Positions 21,556 through 32,261 are shown, counted from the first letter of the stretch. The stretch is 64,000 nucleotides of DNA from Andalucia godoyi And28 (GCA_009859145.1 VRVR01000004.1:1-64000), one strand, 5' to 3'. The notes: generated by a model from the sequence alone, not told the origin. Program-made: numbers and translations.

Positions 21556-21749
21556 GCGGACGCTCAGATACCCCTCTCTCGGCTCCCCAGATGTTTCATT
21601 ACATAGAAATTAAAAGAAAAATTAAATTAAATAAAAGACACGGCCACAGATTTCAGCTTTGCATCATTATTCTTATTCTTTTCTTCCATTTCATTCTTTG
21701 CGATGATTGTTTTTTTAATTAATTTTGTAACGGACCAATGTGTGCGAGA

Positions 21750-24700
21750 TCAAGATCGCTGTTCTGGCATGACAACGATCACATGTTCAAGAACCGCGTC
21801 TTCGCAGGCAGTCTTCCAGTTGACATCGTGCTTCTTCTTGCGCGGCACACCAGAATCAGGAGCACCGGCTTCTTCCAAGACCGTCTTCTTCTTTCGGCCC
21901 GAGGCAGCAGTATCCTTCTCGTCGTCCTTATGAAGCTCTGCAAGCATGGCCAGAGACGCAATTTCTGCGCGCTGCGTTCGCCCCAGCAAAACGGGTGTGT
22001 CGTGTGTCTGGAAGCCAGTGATGCGTCGCGGATGTCCTGCCTGAGCAACAGTATCCACAGCGGTACCAAGGCGGACAGGAACGGGGACCATTTCGTTGGT
22101 TGCCGGAAGTTGCACCGCTCGGAGAGAACGCAACCGCAAACCCGGGGCCAGTAAATACAGCAGTGGATGGTGCGAACCGCCAATAGTGCTGTCAATGGAG
22201 CAAATCGACGAGACAAACATCAGCGAAATGAGGGACGCAAGCGATTTTCGATCCACGAGACTGGAGTCCGTGTGCAGCGGAGAGATAGTCAACAGTCCCT
22301 TTCCGGCAAACACGAGACCAAGCGCAATTCGCGAGAAAAACACCATGCGCGGTTCCCGAGTCCAATACGCCAACAGTTGACGTAATCGTTGAGCAACACG
22401 CGCGTGATTAGATCCAAGACCCATGATACCTATCGCGAGCATCGCAGCCTGTGCAACAGAAGGCTCCTGGTCATGGGTCAGTTTGCTGAGCATGTCCACG
22501 GCAAGAGGGGCCGTATCCGGACTCGATACGTTCAAGAAACACTGGGCAAACGGAACCGCCCTCTTGATGGGGACTGAGCCGGCGGAATACTGCAAAACAT
22601 GCTCAAGAGAGCGTGCAGCCATAGGGATGTCGTCCGGTTGTCTCGGTGCCAATGCGGACAACGCAATACCCAGAACTGCCATGGCGGCGGCCTCCTCTGA
22701 GTAGATTTCCTCGCCGTCCGATACCTCTTCGTCTGCGAACGCCATCGGCTCGGCAGCCCCTGTCTCTCCAGCGGCCTCCACCTCTGAGACCGCCGACTGG
22801 CTGCTTGCACCAGCAGCGTCGTTCATTGGAACATCGCCATCTCCTGCGGACACGGGAATCGAGCCGTCAACAGGACCATTCTGCGCTGCCCTCTCTGCTT
22901 CCTTTTCTTTCTTGATGAGTTCACGCTGTCGATGCACTGTGGTCTTCATGATCGTTCTCAAAAAGTCCTGCGTCTGAAGCACGTTTCCAGATGCCGCATA
23001 TGCGCAGACTTTGATGGAGACTGTCGCCAACTGCCGGATACGCTTCAGCGGAATGGCCTCCAAAGCTTCAGCCATGGTATCCGATGCATCCTCTCGGCAC
23101 AAGAATATCAAACCCATTGCGAGGCTCACGAACTTGATCATAATCTCCGGCTCACTTTCCTCTTCTTTCTTTTCCTTATCTGCTTTCTTTTCCTTTTCCT
23201 TCTCCTTTTCCTTTTCCTTCTCCGGTTGCTGATTTGCAAGTTCTTCCTTTTCGACTTGATCGGCGGCATACGTCAGCAAAATCTCAAACAAGCGGTTGGC
23301 GGATTCTTCGTCGCCAGTTCCTGCCATCACGAGACCGAGCGCAAGGGACGCATATCCGCACACTGCAATGGGTTGTTCCATGCTGACATACGACAGAATT
23401 GTTTCCTTAGGCTCCTTCATTGCAGTGCAGCAGAAGGCCAACCCAAGGCCCAACAACCCTCCCACATGAACATCACGAGCATTGTTTCCCGAGTACGACG
23501 TGAGTTTGTCCAAAATTAGCGCATGTGCAGCGCAAAATTCATCCTGGGCCCGAGAATGGAGAATGCCGATTCCCAACAGAGCACCGCCAACAATTTTTCC
23601 ATCCTGCGAATCCAGCAGACTCTGCATGTGATTGTCTCCGAGCTCGAGATCCCACAGATAAACAAGACCGGAGGACGCTGCCGCGCCCAAAAGTCCCGCC
23701 TCCTTGTGTTTGCGAAGCCATTGCGGATCGGACGCATTGATTGCGTCCTTTCCCAGTCCAGCGTGAACAAATGCATTGACATACGAGGCCGAAAGAAGAG
23801 CACGGCCATCAGAACGAACTTGCGTTGTCTCGGCAGACTTGAAAATCTCCTCCGGATCCTTCGGCGCATCGACTTCAAGTTGCTGGGCAATCATCTTGTG
23901 TTGGGCAGACAGGTACCGAGAAGCAAAGATCTCCATCAGCTGCTCTTCATGTTCATCTTTTGCTGCATTGAGAACAACCCCTTGAACCGAGCAAAGATAC
24001 GCAAGTTGAGTGCGAACGGCGGTCTTGTGAATGCTTTCATCACTTCCGGCCGCATCAAAGACGCGCTGGGCCAGTGCAACATCATTCAATCTAAGGGCAA
24101 TTCGCATGGCCGAAAAGTAAGCCTTCACGGAGAGGTGAACGTTCAACACGACGTGCAGGATCGGAACGGTGGAGCCCTCGCCGACGTATGGGGCACAAGT
24201 CTCCAGGTACTCGCAAACACGTGCAGCATTTGTCGCATCCACGTAGTTTGCAATCAGCGGGACGTTTTCGACCTCCAGAAGCAGATCACAGGCGTCTACC
24301 TCGGAATTGTGAGACATGTAATACGGCAAAATGCGCTTCACCATATCGGCAGTGTCGTCAAGTGTAACGGGTGCATCTGGCAGCGGAGACTCTGACGAAA
24401 CCTCGCTGTATGCATCGGAAATGACAGCCGACAATGCGCGGATATAGTCATGTCCCCAGGAAGCCAGGTCGTCGCGATTTCCCAGCAGTTTATGCTGAAA
24501 CGATGCATATGGTGACGAGAGATCCTTCTTTGGATCCAGTGTGACTGCCAAAAATGACAAAATGTCAAACAAGACTTTCCGTACGGATTCATCGTCAATG
24601 GAGCCCGGCTTGGTTGCAAAATCCAAAAGTGTTCGATAGTGCGAACGCATAAACTTGAGGGGTTTGGGAACGGACGTCAGTGCAATTTCTCGCGAGGAGG

Positions 24701-24920
24701 AACGAAGCTGCGTTGCAAGAAACTCCAGTTCTGCACGCTGCAAGTCTGCTTGTGATGCAGGGGTCCCTGTAAGCCGCTGCACGGCACTATCGAGATCGTC
24801 CCGCAGCTTTCTGTCCTCCTCAGAAAGTTCGGGCTTGAGAGTCTCCTTCAGGTCCTTGCTCTTGATTGTAAGCTTCTTTGAGCCCGCACCGGCTGCGGTC
24901 GCTGGCTTATCCTGGGCCAT
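21750..24920 (-). CDS. RPN1: 26S proteasome regulatory subunit RPN1
   Basis: ELSEED, TSVPKPLKFMR, HNSEVDACDLLLEVE, PC repeats and TAVDTVAQAGHPRRITGFQTHDTPVLL. The true start MAQDK is at 24920; the track's longer N-terminus is pyrimidine-rich UTR. Confidence 0.96.
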   Translation of the reverse strand: MAQDKPATAAGAGSKKLTIKSKDLKETLKPELSEEDRKLRDDLDSAVQRLTGTPASQADLQRAELEFLATQLRSSSREIALTSVPKPLKFMRSHYRTLLDFATKPGSIDDESVRKVLFDILSFLAVTLDPKKDLSSPYASFQHKLLGNRDDLASWGHDYIRALSAVISDAYSEVSSESPLPDAPVTLDDTADMVKRILPYYMSHNSEVDACDLLLEVENVPLIANYVDATNAARVCEYLETCAPYVGEGSTVPILHVVLNVHLSVKAYFSAMRIALRLNDVALAQRVFDAAGSDESIHKTAVRTQLAYLCSVQGVVLNAAKDEHEEQLMEIFASRYLSAQHKMIAQQLEVDAPKDPEEIFKSAETTQVRSDGRALLSASYVNAFVHAGLGKDAINASDPQWLRKHKEAGLLGAAASSGLVYLWDLELGDNHMQSLLDSQDGKIVGGALLGIGILHSRAQDEFCAAHALILDKLTSYSGNNARDVHVGGLLGLGLAFCCTAMKEPKETILSYVSMEQPIAVCGYASLALGLVMAGTGDEESANRLFEILLTYAADQVEKEELANQQPEKEKEKEKEKEKKADKEKKEEESEPEIMIKFVSLAMGLIFLCREDASDTMAEALEAIPLKRIRQLATVSIKVCAYAASGNVLQTQDFLRTIMKTTVHRQRELIKKEKEAERAAQNGPVDGSIPVSAGDGDVPMNDAAGASSQSAVSEVEAAGETGAAEPMAFADEEVSDGEEIYSEEAAAMAVLGIALSALAPRQPDDIPMAARSLEHVLQYSAGSVPIKRAVPFAQCFLNVSSPDTAPLAVDMLSKLTHDQEPSVAQAAMLAIGIMGLGSNHARVAQRLRQLLAYWTREPRMVFFSRIALGLVFAGKGLLTISPLHTDSSLVDRKSLASLISLMFVSSICSIDSTIGGSHHPLLYLLAPGLRLRSLRAVQLPATNEMVPVPVRLGTAVDTVAQAGHPRRITGFQTHDTPVLLGRTQRAEIASLAMLAELHKDDEKDTAASGRKKKTVLEEAGAPDSGVPRKKKHDVNWKTACEDAVLEHVIVVMPEQRS

Positions 24921-25606
24921 GATGACGAAGCAAAACCACAAAAACGAAAAACGAAAAACGAAAAACGAAAAACAAACGTGGAGCGAAGCAAACACAAAAG
25001 ACAATGATTCAGCAGCGATCAGAAATGGAAACCTGGCATAATAGAGAAAGGGTAAAAAGAAAAAGAAAAAGAAAAAGGAAAGGAAAGGGAAAAAAAACGA
25101 GGAAAACGAAGAAAGCAGCAAGGTGATCGATGCATACAGGGAAAAAGCAGTAGAAGGCAGAGAAAAGCATTTCATGACTTGACTTGAAGACCCTTCTCAT
25201 CCTTTTGCTTTTTTGGGTGCAAAGTTCGGACATTAGCGATCGCACGTCTTGGCTCCCAGAGGTTTGGGCAACGACATAAAATCTCTGCGTGTCAGAAACG
25301 ACGAGGGAAATCGTGCACTGTGTTTCCTTGCATCCAGCCTTTCAATTGTCTCGGTGGTGCACTGTTTTTCTTTCTGTCTTTGTTTTGTTTTTCTTTTTCT
25401 TTCTTGTCGTCGTTTTAAAAGGTGATTGGTTGTTCTGCTTTCCTTTTCCTTTTCCTTTTCCTTTTCCTTTTCCTCTTCCTCTTCTAAATTTAATTTTATT
25501 TAATCTTATTTAATTTTTCATATTCCCCCCCTCCGTCTCTTGTTTAGTTTCTTGGCTTCTTGGCTTCTTGCCCTGCTTGGTGCTCCTTTTCATACTACGC
25601 TTGAGA

Positions 25607-27193
25607 ATGGGAGCCAAGCACCAACAAGGCACCAAGCAAAAGCAGCCGCTGAACAGTGGACTTCATGAGGCGTGTCCTTCCTGGATCACGATCGTCACGA
25701 CGTATTTCTCTTACTTTATCTTGTTCTTGTTTGGCCGCGTCAGAGACACGTTCCGCACACGCGTAACGGTGTCGCAGGGCTATGCCCCGCTTACTCGCGA
25801 TTTTGAGGACTTCTGGACGCGCCGTGCGTACCGTCGCATCCGAGACTGCTGGAATCGCCCGGTCTGCGGAGTGCCAGGAGCGTATATTGACGTTCTTGAT
25901 CGCGAGTCCTCGGACTACAACGCAACGTTCACGATTCACAAGACGTTCAAGCAGTGCTTGAACCTTGGATCATACAACTATTTAGGCTTTGGACAGTCTG
26001 CGGGGCTGTGCACGGATTCAGCAATTGACCTTTTGCGGTCTTCAGGGCAGTCCATGTGCTCGACCCGTCGTGAAATGGGCACCCACCCCGCGCATGTTGA
26101 ACTTGAGAACACTGTCGCCAAGTTTGTTGGAAAGCCGGCAGCGATTGTTCTTGGAATGGGATATGCGACAAACTCGACGACGATCCCGTTGATCCTGTGC
26201 CACAAAGGAGATCTTGTAATCTCCGATTCGCAGAACCACTCGTCGTTGGTGTCCGGCGTTCGTGGCTCACGGGCTACGGTGAGGGTGTTCCGCCACAACG
26301 ACCCGGAGGATTTGGAGCGCGTGCTTCGCAAATGCATCTCGGAAGGCCAGCCGCGTTCGGGCAGGCCGTGGAAGAAGATTCTGGTTGTTGTGGAGGGAAT
26401 CGATTCCATGGGTGGAGACGTTGGGCGACTTGTTGAGATTGTGGCACTGAAGAAGAAGTACAACTGTTATTTGTATTTGGACGAGGCCCATTCTATCGGT
26501 GCGATGGGACCGTCCGGTCGCGGAATCTGCGAGCACTTGGGAGTCGATCCCGCTGACGTTGACATTCTCATGGGAACCTTCACAAAGTCGTTTGGTTCAG
26601 TGGGTGGTTATGTCGCAGCATCGGCGGATCTTGTGCACTATCTCAAGCGCTCCTGCTGGGCGCAGAACTATGCAACTTCCATGTCACCCGCGTGTGCGCA
26701 GCAAGCTCTCTCTGCACTGTGGTGCATCATGGGCATGCAGCCGCTGGTTGTCCGCTCAGGCCGAGATATTGGCAAGGAGCCGAAATCGCTTCCGGCGAAT
26801 TCCACAGAGGTTGGTCCCAAGAGAATTGCAAGTCTGCATGATAATGCGAACTATTTCCGCTCGCGGATGCAAGCAATGGGATTCGAGGTGCTGGGGGACA
26901 AGGATTCACCAGTGGTGCCTGTTCTTACGTACCAGCCGGCAAAGATGCCGTCAATCTCGCGATACTGCCTGAAGCACAGCCTGGCGGTGGTTGTCGTTGG
27001 TTTCCCTGCGACACCTCTCATTGAAAGCAGAATCCGATTCTGCATTTCTGCAGCACACACCAAGGAAGACATTGACTATGCCCTCGAAGTTCTGAGTCGT
27101 GCCGGTGATCTGTTCATGTTCAAGTACTTCAAACATGCACCGCGCATTTCAAATGATTTGAAAGGATACCAGCCTGCCCACTCATCATCATGA
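25607..27193 (+). CDS. LCB2: Serine palmitoyltransferase catalytic subunit LCB2/SPTLC2
   Basis: CLNLGSYNYLGF, NHSSLVSG, YLDEAHSIGA, the PLP lysine motif GTFTKSFG and RIRFCISAAHT. Confidence 0.96.
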   Translation: MGAKHQQGTKQKQPLNSGLHEACPSWITIVTTYFSYFILFLFGRVRDTFRTRVTVSQGYAPLTRDFEDFWTRRAYRRIRDCWNRPVCGVPGAYIDVLDRESSDYNATFTIHKTFKQCLNLGSYNYLGFGQSAGLCTDSAIDLLRSSGQSMCSTRREMGTHPAHVELENTVAKFVGKPAAIVLGMGYATNSTTIPLILCHKGDLVISDSQNHSSLVSGVRGSRATVRVFRHNDPEDLERVLRKCISEGQPRSGRPWKKILVVVEGIDSMGGDVGRLVEIVALKKKYNCYLYLDEAHSIGAMGPSGRGICEHLGVDPADVDILMGTFTKSFGSVGGYVAASADLVHYLKRSCWAQNYATSMSPACAQQALSALWCIMGMQPLVVRSGRDIGKEPKSLPANSTEVGPKRIASLHDNANYFRSRMQAMGFEVLGDKDSPVVPVLTYQPAKMPSISRYCLKHSLAVVVVGFPATPLIESRIRFCISAAHTKEDIDYALEVLSRAGDLFMFKYFKHAPRISNDLKGYQPAHSSS

Positions 27194-27370
27194 GATATTT
27201 TGTTAATTAGAGTTGTCATTATTTCTTGCTCTGCCCTTTCCCTTATTCCGTAGTATTTTCGCTGTTCTCGTGTACTCTTGCTAGTCATACCTGTTCATTA
27301 TACTAATTTGAGATGTCTGTAGTTATCAGTATTGTTATCATTTTATTCTTCCTTCCCCCGCCGCTTTCTT

Positions 27371-27979
27371 TCATGTGTTCATTTCAGATTCTCTCGCGTC
27401 GGTGCCTGCGCCTGGACTCCTGCTCATACATTTGAAAATCACGCGATTCGCAACTTCAATTGCCTGCTCGAGAACCGGGAGGCTGCAAGCCGCGAAGCAG
27501 GTTGCTGGATACACCGCTGTTTTCCAGACGGGATGAACGCACATCCTGCATCCTGCAGCACATGAGGAGTTGACCGAGTATTTACATAATTGTTCTGCGC
27601 CGTCGACTTCAGCATATACCGCGGACCCTCGCTGTGAATTCCAAGGGAAGCCTGTTACCGGATCAATTGCATCGAACCAGGCTGCGGGTTCATTTGCGAG
27701 GACATTCTCTCGAACCAGCGCTGCCCAAGCAGCAAACGTCTCGAGAAGACGGTCTTTGCTGTTTGCTGCTTGCTCGCCCCAGTCGACTAAATCGGTTTCG
27801 GACTTTTGGAATGTCGGCACCACAAACAGTTCTGCATCGGGATTTTCCAAGAGTGGCTTGATGGCAGGAAGGACACTCACCAGCTCTCTCTTCATCAGTG
27901 CTGGTATTCTAAACACCGTGTACTCAAAGCATTCATCAATCACCGCGCGATCCAGTACCATATGCCGAGACCGCTTCAT
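27371..27979 (-). CDS. MMADHC: Cobalamin trafficking protein CblD/MMADHC-like
   Basis: KRELVSVLP, TFQKSETDL...KDRLLETF, DAIDPVTGFP and GCRMCVHPVWKTAVYPATCF match the MMADHC C-terminal domain. Confidence 0.85.
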   Translation of the reverse strand: MKRSRHMVLDRAVIDECFEYTVFRIPALMKRELVSVLPAIKPLLENPDAELFVVPTFQKSETDLVDWGEQAANSKDRLLETFAAWAALVRENVLANEPAAWFDAIDPVTGFPWNSQRGSAVYAEVDGAEQLCKYSVNSSCAAGCRMCVHPVWKTAVYPATCFAACSLPVLEQAIEVANRVIFKCMSRSPGAGTDARESEMNT

Positions 27980-28013
27980 CGAAACCGGGCGAACACCGTG
28001 TCCTCTCGACGTA

Positions 28014-28113
28014 CAGAACAGAACAGAACAGAACAGAACAGAACAGAACAGAACAGAACAGAACAGAACAGAACAGAACAGAACAGAACAGAACAGAACA
28101 GAACAGAACAGAA
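28014..28113. repeat. (CAGAA)20 perfect pentanucleotide microsatellite
   Basis: 100 nt of perfect CAGAA units start about 35 nt upstream of the MMADHC ATG. Confidence 0.97.
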
Positions 28114-28411
28114 CCTTTCCCGAGTCCCATAATCGTGCGCGGAAATGCGCTTCTTAGACTCGTTTGAGGTCGCCCGCCGAAATCCCAGTCCTTTTCAGCA
28201 CTCTCTCCATATTCCGCGAAACTCTCGAACTTTCATTTTATTCTCCTTTCACTGCCTTGTTTCCTCCCTCAAGCATTCCTTTATTACTATGTTTTAAGTA
28301 TTTAAATCGTTTATTTTTGTTTATTAGTTTATTCGTTTATTTGTTTATAATTGGCTGGAAAAACTGAACGATTCATTGGAAACTGCTGGATTGTATGTTG
28401 TTTTTGAGAAA

Positions 28412-29758
28412 ATGTCGGAGCGATTGGTACGGGAAGAGATTCGAAAGTATTTCAAAGGATTGCAACCAGAGTCGGTGAAGCATGCCACTGTTCGGATGGT
28501 TCGAGAGCATGTGCTTGGGGCTCTGAAAGTCCCATCGCTGTCCGCAGTCCCTCTCAGCAAAGACCAGTTTCGATTTATTCTCCAACAAGAGCTTTTGGAC
28601 TTTGAAAACAACCATCAAAAGAAGACGGCGGCGCGGCATGTGCGTAAGAAGGATGATCACAGCGGTGAAAGCAGCAATGAAGAAGACGAAGAAAACCAAG
28701 ACGAAGATCAGGACGAAGACGAACGTCTTGACAATGAGCACGTCAAGCCGAGGAGCGGCAGTGCCAGAAAAAAGAATGTCGAATCTTCTGACGATGGAAA
28801 TGGAGAGAGAGAAGAAGACAACGTGGAAAGTACAGAAGAAGGTGATGGCGGCGATGGTGAGAGACACCCCGTGGCAGAGGAAGGTCGTATTCGAGTGGCC
28901 ATCCAGGCTTTCTTGTCATCGATTGACAAGCACGAAGTTGCACAGGTGACCTTTGGGATGATTCGAGAGCGCTTGCAGTCGGTATTGCAGTTGCCATCTT
29001 TGGATGCCATTGGGCTCTCGAAAGAAAAGATCAAGGAAATTGCAGTTGCAGAGATTGCATCGCATTCTTCTTTGCAACCAAGGCAGAAAACGACGAAAGT
29101 CGGGCCGAAACAAAAGCAAACAAGGAAGAGAGCGCCGACCAGAAGCGCAGAGAGCGACCAGCGGCAGACATGTGCTCTTGGCGAGATTCCCTCGTTTGAC
29201 AAGGCTTGCACTAAGGCACGTCCTGAAGACCCCGTCATTCGATTGTTGCACAAGGCGTGCTTTGGAACTCCCGGCGATCGGAAAACTGCAAAGAGAAAAC
29301 TGCGGAAATTTGCCGGGTTTTCACCGGCAACCGAAGGCGAGGATCCCAAATTTTTCAATCTCAATCTCGTCGTGGATTCCAAAAAGTCCTCCATGGAACG
29401 CTCAAAACAAGTGACGGTCACTGTGCTGCGATCGGCATGCCGCATGCTGGGTGTCTCGGTTGTGGGCTCCAAGTCAGAGCTGATTGAGCGGCTTCTGGAA
29501 TTCCTGAAGCAGCCTCATGCTTGCGGTCGCAAGCGCGCTGCAGATCGCATTGCGACGGCAGAACCGCCGTCAAAAAAGAAGCGGCCAGCTGCTGCTGCCG
29601 TGGAGAATGACGAATCCCAAGCTGATGAGGATGACGTTCATGGTACAGTGAATGAAGACGAACGAATCATCGACAGCCACAGCGTAGAAGTGGACGGAGA
29701 CACCGACTTGGCCGACGGGGGCTCCCCGATCCTCTCGTCGTCCCCTACGTCCTCGTGA
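28412..29758 (+). CDS. DEK: DEK-like chromatin protein (two DEK-C-like domains, then the DEK core and SAP)
   Basis: Two ...T(V/F)xMxRExLxxxL DEK-C-like segments are followed by LLHKACFGTPG...KLRKFAGF (DEK core) and LRSACRMLGVSVVGSKSELIERLLEFL (SAP). Confidence 0.75.
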   Translation: MSERLVREEIRKYFKGLQPESVKHATVRMVREHVLGALKVPSLSAVPLSKDQFRFILQQELLDFENNHQKKTAARHVRKKDDHSGESSNEEDEENQDEDQDEDERLDNEHVKPRSGSARKKNVESSDDGNGEREEDNVESTEEGDGGDGERHPVAEEGRIRVAIQAFLSSIDKHEVAQVTFGMIRERLQSVLQLPSLDAIGLSKEKIKEIAVAEIASHSSLQPRQKTTKVGPKQKQTRKRAPTRSAESDQRQTCALGEIPSFDKACTKARPEDPVIRLLHKACFGTPGDRKTAKRKLRKFAGFSPATEGEDPKFFNLNLVVDSKKSSMERSKQVTVTVLRSACRMLGVSVVGSKSELIERLLEFLKQPHACGRKRAADRIATAEPPSKKKRPAAAAVENDESQADEDDVHGTVNEDERIIDSHSVEVDGDTDLADGGSPILSSSPTSS

Positions 29759-29940
29759 GTTCTCTTGGTCATCCAACCGCTGTATTTTTTTCACAAGGAG
29801 ATTTCGGAAACACTCGACATCTGGCGACAGTCGATATCTCCGTTTCGCACAAACATCATCATCCTCTGTATGTGCGTGTTTCGTTTTTCTTCTCCATTTT
29901 TCCTTCTTCGATTGCACTGTACAAAGTACACTTATACACC

Positions 29941-29985
<45 letters not shown>

Positions 29986-30027
29986 TCTCTCTCTCTCTCT
30001 CTCTTCTGTTTTTCTTTCTGTATCTGC

Positions 30028-30972
30028 ATGATGTTTCTGAATCGATGTTCGACATGGTTTGCGCAAACGCGTTTCACGAGTTGCATTCGGCTAAGCAGTC
30101 TGTCGACCTTGGCATCATCTGCGAGTGCGTCAGCTCCGTTGGCAGCCGCAGACGTCGAGTGTGATGAGAGCAAACAGAATGGCGAAGAAGGCGAAAGTGA
30201 AAAGCGGAAACCACTCACAGAAGCAGAACGAAAGGCGCGGTCTGCAGAACGAGCGCGGCAATGGTACTGGGCGAATCGGGAGCAGGTTCTGCAGCGGAAG
30301 AAGCAGCTTTATGAAGAAGAGCGAGAGCATATTTTGCTAGAACGAAAAGAGCAATATTCTGTGAAGCGAGACGAAATTCTAAAGAAGCGCCATGAATACT
30401 ATCATCAGCACCGTGATGTGCTTTTGTTGCGTCGGAAGCTCTACTATGAACGAAACCGGGATGACGTGATTAAGCGAAATCAGGAACGAACAGCGTACAA
30501 TCGGTTCATTGAGAGCGATTCTCCGGATATGCTTCAGTTCCAGATGCGGACAGATGGTGTGGAGGGAGACGATGCCAGTGGTCCGCAGCTGTTTTCACGA
30601 GATCGGGCGCTGAGTTCGCTCGAGCTGTGTGCAAAGACTGTGTCCTTGCTGTTAGATGTGAAGGCACAGGATGTATGTGCGTTTGACATTCGGACAATCA
30701 GTCCAAAGATGGCACATTTGACTGAGTATGTGGTTATTGTCACCGGAACGTCCGGGCGCCATTTGAACGCCATTACGCAGGAAGTCGTTTCGGGTCATGC
30801 AGACACGCGCATGCAGCCGGATAACACAGCTGTCCCTGTTCACGTGGAAGGAAATCCAGAGGACGGCTGGATCTGTCTCGATCTCGGGCCTGGAGTCGTT
30901 CTTGTCCACGTCCTGGTTCCTGATCTTCGTCAGCGATACGACCTCGACCGCAAATGGGCTCTCATGACGTGA
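30028..30972 (+). CDS. rsfS: Mitochondrial ribosome silencing factor RsfS/MALSU1 with an inserted helical repeat
   Basis: An Arg/Ser-rich presequence leads to a C-terminal RsfS domain: KAQDVCAFDI, YVVIVTGTSGRHLNAI, WICLDLG..VLVHV and RQRYDLDRKW. Confidence 0.85.
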   Translation: MMFLNRCSTWFAQTRFTSCIRLSSLSTLASSASASAPLAAADVECDESKQNGEEGESEKRKPLTEAERKARSAERARQWYWANREQVLQRKKQLYEEEREHILLERKEQYSVKRDEILKKRHEYYHQHRDVLLLRRKLYYERNRDDVIKRNQERTAYNRFIESDSPDMLQFQMRTDGVEGDDASGPQLFSRDRALSSLELCAKTVSLLLDVKAQDVCAFDIRTISPKMAHLTEYVVIVTGTSGRHLNAITQEVVSGHADTRMQPDNTAVPVHVEGNPEDGWICLDLGPGVVLVHVLVPDLRQRYDLDRKWALMT

Positions 30973-31155
30973 TCGGACATGAAAAGGAAGGTTGTTTGTG
31001 TCGTCGAATTCGCTGGTTTCTATTTTAATCGTTTCCATAAATGATAATAAAATACTCTTCATAGACATGGTATACACTCGACGTGACCTGCATCCTTTGG
31101 TGGGATATCAAGTGTGAGTAAAGTCATTTCTGTGTGTGTGTGTGTGTGTGTACTG

Positions 31156-31902
31156 TTATTTCCATCGCAGAGAGTGCTTTGCCATTGCTGAGCGCAAGTC
31201 ATCAATGACGGCCTTTTGGTCCTTCGCTTTGAAAATGGCAGATCCGGCGACCGCAGCATTCGCCCCAGCTTCCGCACATTGTTCGATTGTCGTCGCATCA
31301 ATTCCACCGTCCACTCCAATCACAAGATCAGACCGCCCGTTTGCACATGCATACTCCCGCAAGTCCCGGATCTTGGACACCATATCGCCCATGAACGACT
31401 GACCCCCAAACCCAGGCTCGACCGTCATAATAAGCACAAAATCCAAGTGTTCGACGTACCGAAAGAGACGATCGACCGGGGTCCGCGGCTTCAAAGCAAC
31501 GCCAACCTTGCATTTCTGCTGCGACACTTCTCGGATGTAATGCACAAGTTGTACAACGGTCAGCGTCGTGTGAGAGACTGTTGGCGAGGCACCCGGTATA
31601 TCCAACACACGATCTTCGACTGCCTCGAGATGGAAAGTGAACTGTGACGCGCCGGCCTTTACAAAATCCACAACCCATTTCTCCGGATGCGACACCATCA
31701 GATGGCAATCCAGAAATGCAGACGGAAGATGCTTTCTAAGACTCGCAACAACTGGCGCTCCAATCGTCAAATTCGGCACAAAATGGCCGTCCATCACATC
31801 AACATGCAGCCATTCCGCACCGAGATCCAACATCCGCTGCGAGTCACCCGCCAGACACCCAAAGTCTGCAGATAAGAGCGACGGAGCTACATACACCGAC
31901 AT
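31156..31902 (-). CDS. RPE: Ribulose-phosphate 3-epimerase
   Basis: APSLLSADF, LHVDVMDGHFVPNLTIG, DCHLMV, FTFHLE, MTVEPGFGGQSF and VDGGI. The start MSVYV is at 31902. Confidence 0.97.
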   Translation of the reverse strand: MSVYVAPSLLSADFGCLAGDSQRMLDLGAEWLHVDVMDGHFVPNLTIGAPVVASLRKHLPSAFLDCHLMVSHPEKWVVDFVKAGASQFTFHLEAVEDRVLDIPGASPTVSHTTLTVVQLVHYIREVSQQKCKVGVALKPRTPVDRLFRYVEHLDFVLIMTVEPGFGGQSFMGDMVSKIRDLREYACANGRSDLVIGVDGGIDATTIEQCAEAGANAAVAGSAIFKAKDQKAVIDDLRSAMAKHSLRWK

Positions 31903-32261
31903 CGGGGAGGAAGAGGGGAAGTGAGGACCAGCGAGGCGTATCAGGAACGATGGACGAAAAAACAACACGAGCTTCTCGCTGCAATCTCGCTGCAGTTCTT
32001 TTAAAGAAAACAATAAAGAAAACACAAAAAGAAAAGGGCTGTTTTTGTGTTCCCAAAACGTTCCCCATCGCAAAAAACACGACGTCCTTTCACAGAAACT
32101 GGAAAGGAAGCCACCCACGTTCGCCTGTTGTATGCAGAGCTGTCCAGGCTTTCTCTTCTTCCTGGGCTTCACTGATCGACAGGCCAATCTTGGTTTGTTT
32201 CCTCTCCCCGATTGCGCATTCTTGATTTGAGCGGCGAGTGTTTTGGGATTGAATTTGTGCA

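Noticed and set aside
24921-25175. Hydrophobic N-terminal extensions on RPN1, and similar ones on RPE, ARC1, RsfS and V-ATPase G
   Set aside because: These come from T-rich UTR sequence opened by non-ATG starts in the track. Family homology begins at downstream ATGs.
27806-28157. RTEQN-repeat ORFs, or a CRISPR-like array
   Set aside because: This is a perfect CAGAA microsatellite with no spacers. No CRISPR array was seen anywhere in the window.
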